DNA of 32,000 bases from an uncultured Actinomycetes bacterium. GTDB lineage: Bacteria > Actinomycetota > Actinomycetes > S36-B12 > CAIYMF01. This document shows positions 31,355-32,000 of this stretch, one piece after another. The notes under the pieces are model-generated. The model had not been told where the DNA came from, did no database searches, and worked only from the letters and a program-made list of their open reading frames with translations. Every line of letters begins with the position of its first letter. Position 1 is the stretch's first letter. Location of the stretch: assembly GCA_963843975.1 (NCBI GenBank), contig CAWJMG010000003.1:1770001-1802000 (forward strand), in the 5' to 3' direction. The position numbers and the translations under genes are program-made.

Positions 31355-32000
31355 ATGGCACGCGTCGTCGTCCTGGGAGCCGGGATCTCCGGCCACACCG
31401 CAGCCCTCCACCTGCGCCGGCTGCTGGGCAAGCAGCACGAGGTCGTGGTGGTCTCCCCCAACTCGAACTGGAACTGGATCCCGTCCAACATCTGGGTCGG
31501 AGTCGGCCGGATGTCGGCGGAGGACGTGACGTTCAAGCTCGCGCCCGTCTACAAGAAGAAGGGCATCACGTACCACCAGGCCAAGGCCGTGGCGCTGTGG
31601 CCCGAGGGCGACGAGACGTCCGACAAGCCCAAGGTCGAGATCGAGTGGACCGCGCCCGGCAAGACCGGGCACGTCGAGCGCATCGAGTACGACTACGTCA
31701 TCAACGCCACCGGGCCCAAGCTCAACTTCGGCGCGACGCCGGGTCTCGGCCCGGATGGCCACACCTACTCCGTCTGCACCTACGGCCACGCCGAAGAGGC
31801 CGCCAAGGCCCTGCAGGCCGTGATCGCCAAGCTCAAGCGCGGCGAGAAGCAGCGCCTGGTGATCGGGGTCGGCCACGGCACCTGCACGTGCGAGGGCGCG
31901 GCGTTCGAGTACACGTTCAACGTGGAGCACGAGCTCCGCGCGGCCGGGGTACGCGACCTCGCCGAGATCGTCTACTTCACCAACGAGTACGAGCTCGGCG
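31355..32000 (+). CDS. sqr: Sulfide:quinone oxidoreductase (SQR), N-terminal part; the 3' end lies outside the window
   Basis: Absent from the ORF track because no stop falls in the window. ATG 31355 is preceded by GAGGAG. 'RVVVLGAGISGHTAALHL' (FAD GxGxxG), 'NWNWIPSNIWVGVG' and the redox Cys motif 'GHGTCTCEGAAFEY' are typical of SQR-type flavoproteins. Confidence 0.85.
   Translation, partial: MARVVVLGAGISGHTAALHLRRLLGKQHEVVVVSPNSNWNWIPSNIWVGVGRMSAEDVTFKLAPVYKKKGITYHQAKAVALWPEGDETSDKPKVEIEWTAPGKTGHVERIEYDYVINATGPKLNFGATPGLGPDGHTYSVCTYGHAEEAAKALQAVIAKLKRGEKQRLVIGVGHGTCTCEGAAFEYTFNVEHELRAAGVRDLAEIVYFTNEYELG

Noticed and set aside
1-32000. Search for CRISPR arrays, tRNA/rRNA genes, IS elements or integrases
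   Set aside because: I saw no regularly spaced direct repeats, cloverleaf-compatible segments, transposase/integrase-like ORFs or terminal inverted repeats flanking a gene block. The only mobile-like gene is the DUF222-HNH endonuclease.

Overview
This is a very GC-rich, actinobacterial-type chromosomal segment. Its codon bias produces many spurious long alternate-frame ORFs in the six-frame track. I can support about 32 protein-coding genes and found no rRNA, tRNA, CRISPR array or transposase. Gene content, left to right: (1) the 3' part of an NhaA antiporter fused to a DsbA-like domain, then two VOC/glyoxalase-fold genes. (2) A small, slightly lower-GC patch holding a 70-aa orphan, a membrane protein and an intact DUF222/HNH endonuclease of the selfish, multi-copy type. 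(3) A minus-strand operon encoding a serine hydrolase fused through a TM helix to an ABC ATPase, an ABC-2 permease and an FAD oxidoreductase. (4) An S4-domain protein. (5) A ferredoxin-reductase plus membrane acyl desaturase operon, divergent from a PucR-type regulator, with a long palindrome between them. (6) A mannoside-type glycan cluster: two GT4 genes, an alpha-helical unknown, a GH130-like protein with an N-terminal extension, an M6P-isomerase-type cupin and an alditol/aldonolactone-oxidase-like flavoenzyme. (7) The locus I rate most interesting. A CDP-alcohol phosphatidyltransferase fused to a sulfatase/LtaS-like ectodomain is divergently paired with a tightly coupled operon of MDR dehydrogenase, a PTPS (T-fold) homologue lacking the catalytic Cys and one Zn ligand, GT4, a flippase-like UPF0104 membrane protein and a RibD-C-type reductase. 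This looks like a conserved but functionally unassigned pathway for a GTP-derived pterin/pyrimidine-like, possibly glycosylated or lipid-linked, compound. (8) A sulfide/persulfide detoxification regulon: a 38-aa Cys-rich peptide, a persulfide-dioxygenase-rhodanese fusion, a rhodanese, TauE, a TDT transporter and SQR. Three copies of a CsoR/CstR-type palindrome ATACCCC-N2-GGGGTAT sit in front of its three transcription units, and no cognate repressor gene lies in the window. Five genes are split by single frameshifts, three of them in adjacent genes of locus 7. This is either indel sequencing error or real decay, and the sequence alone cannot distinguish the two.
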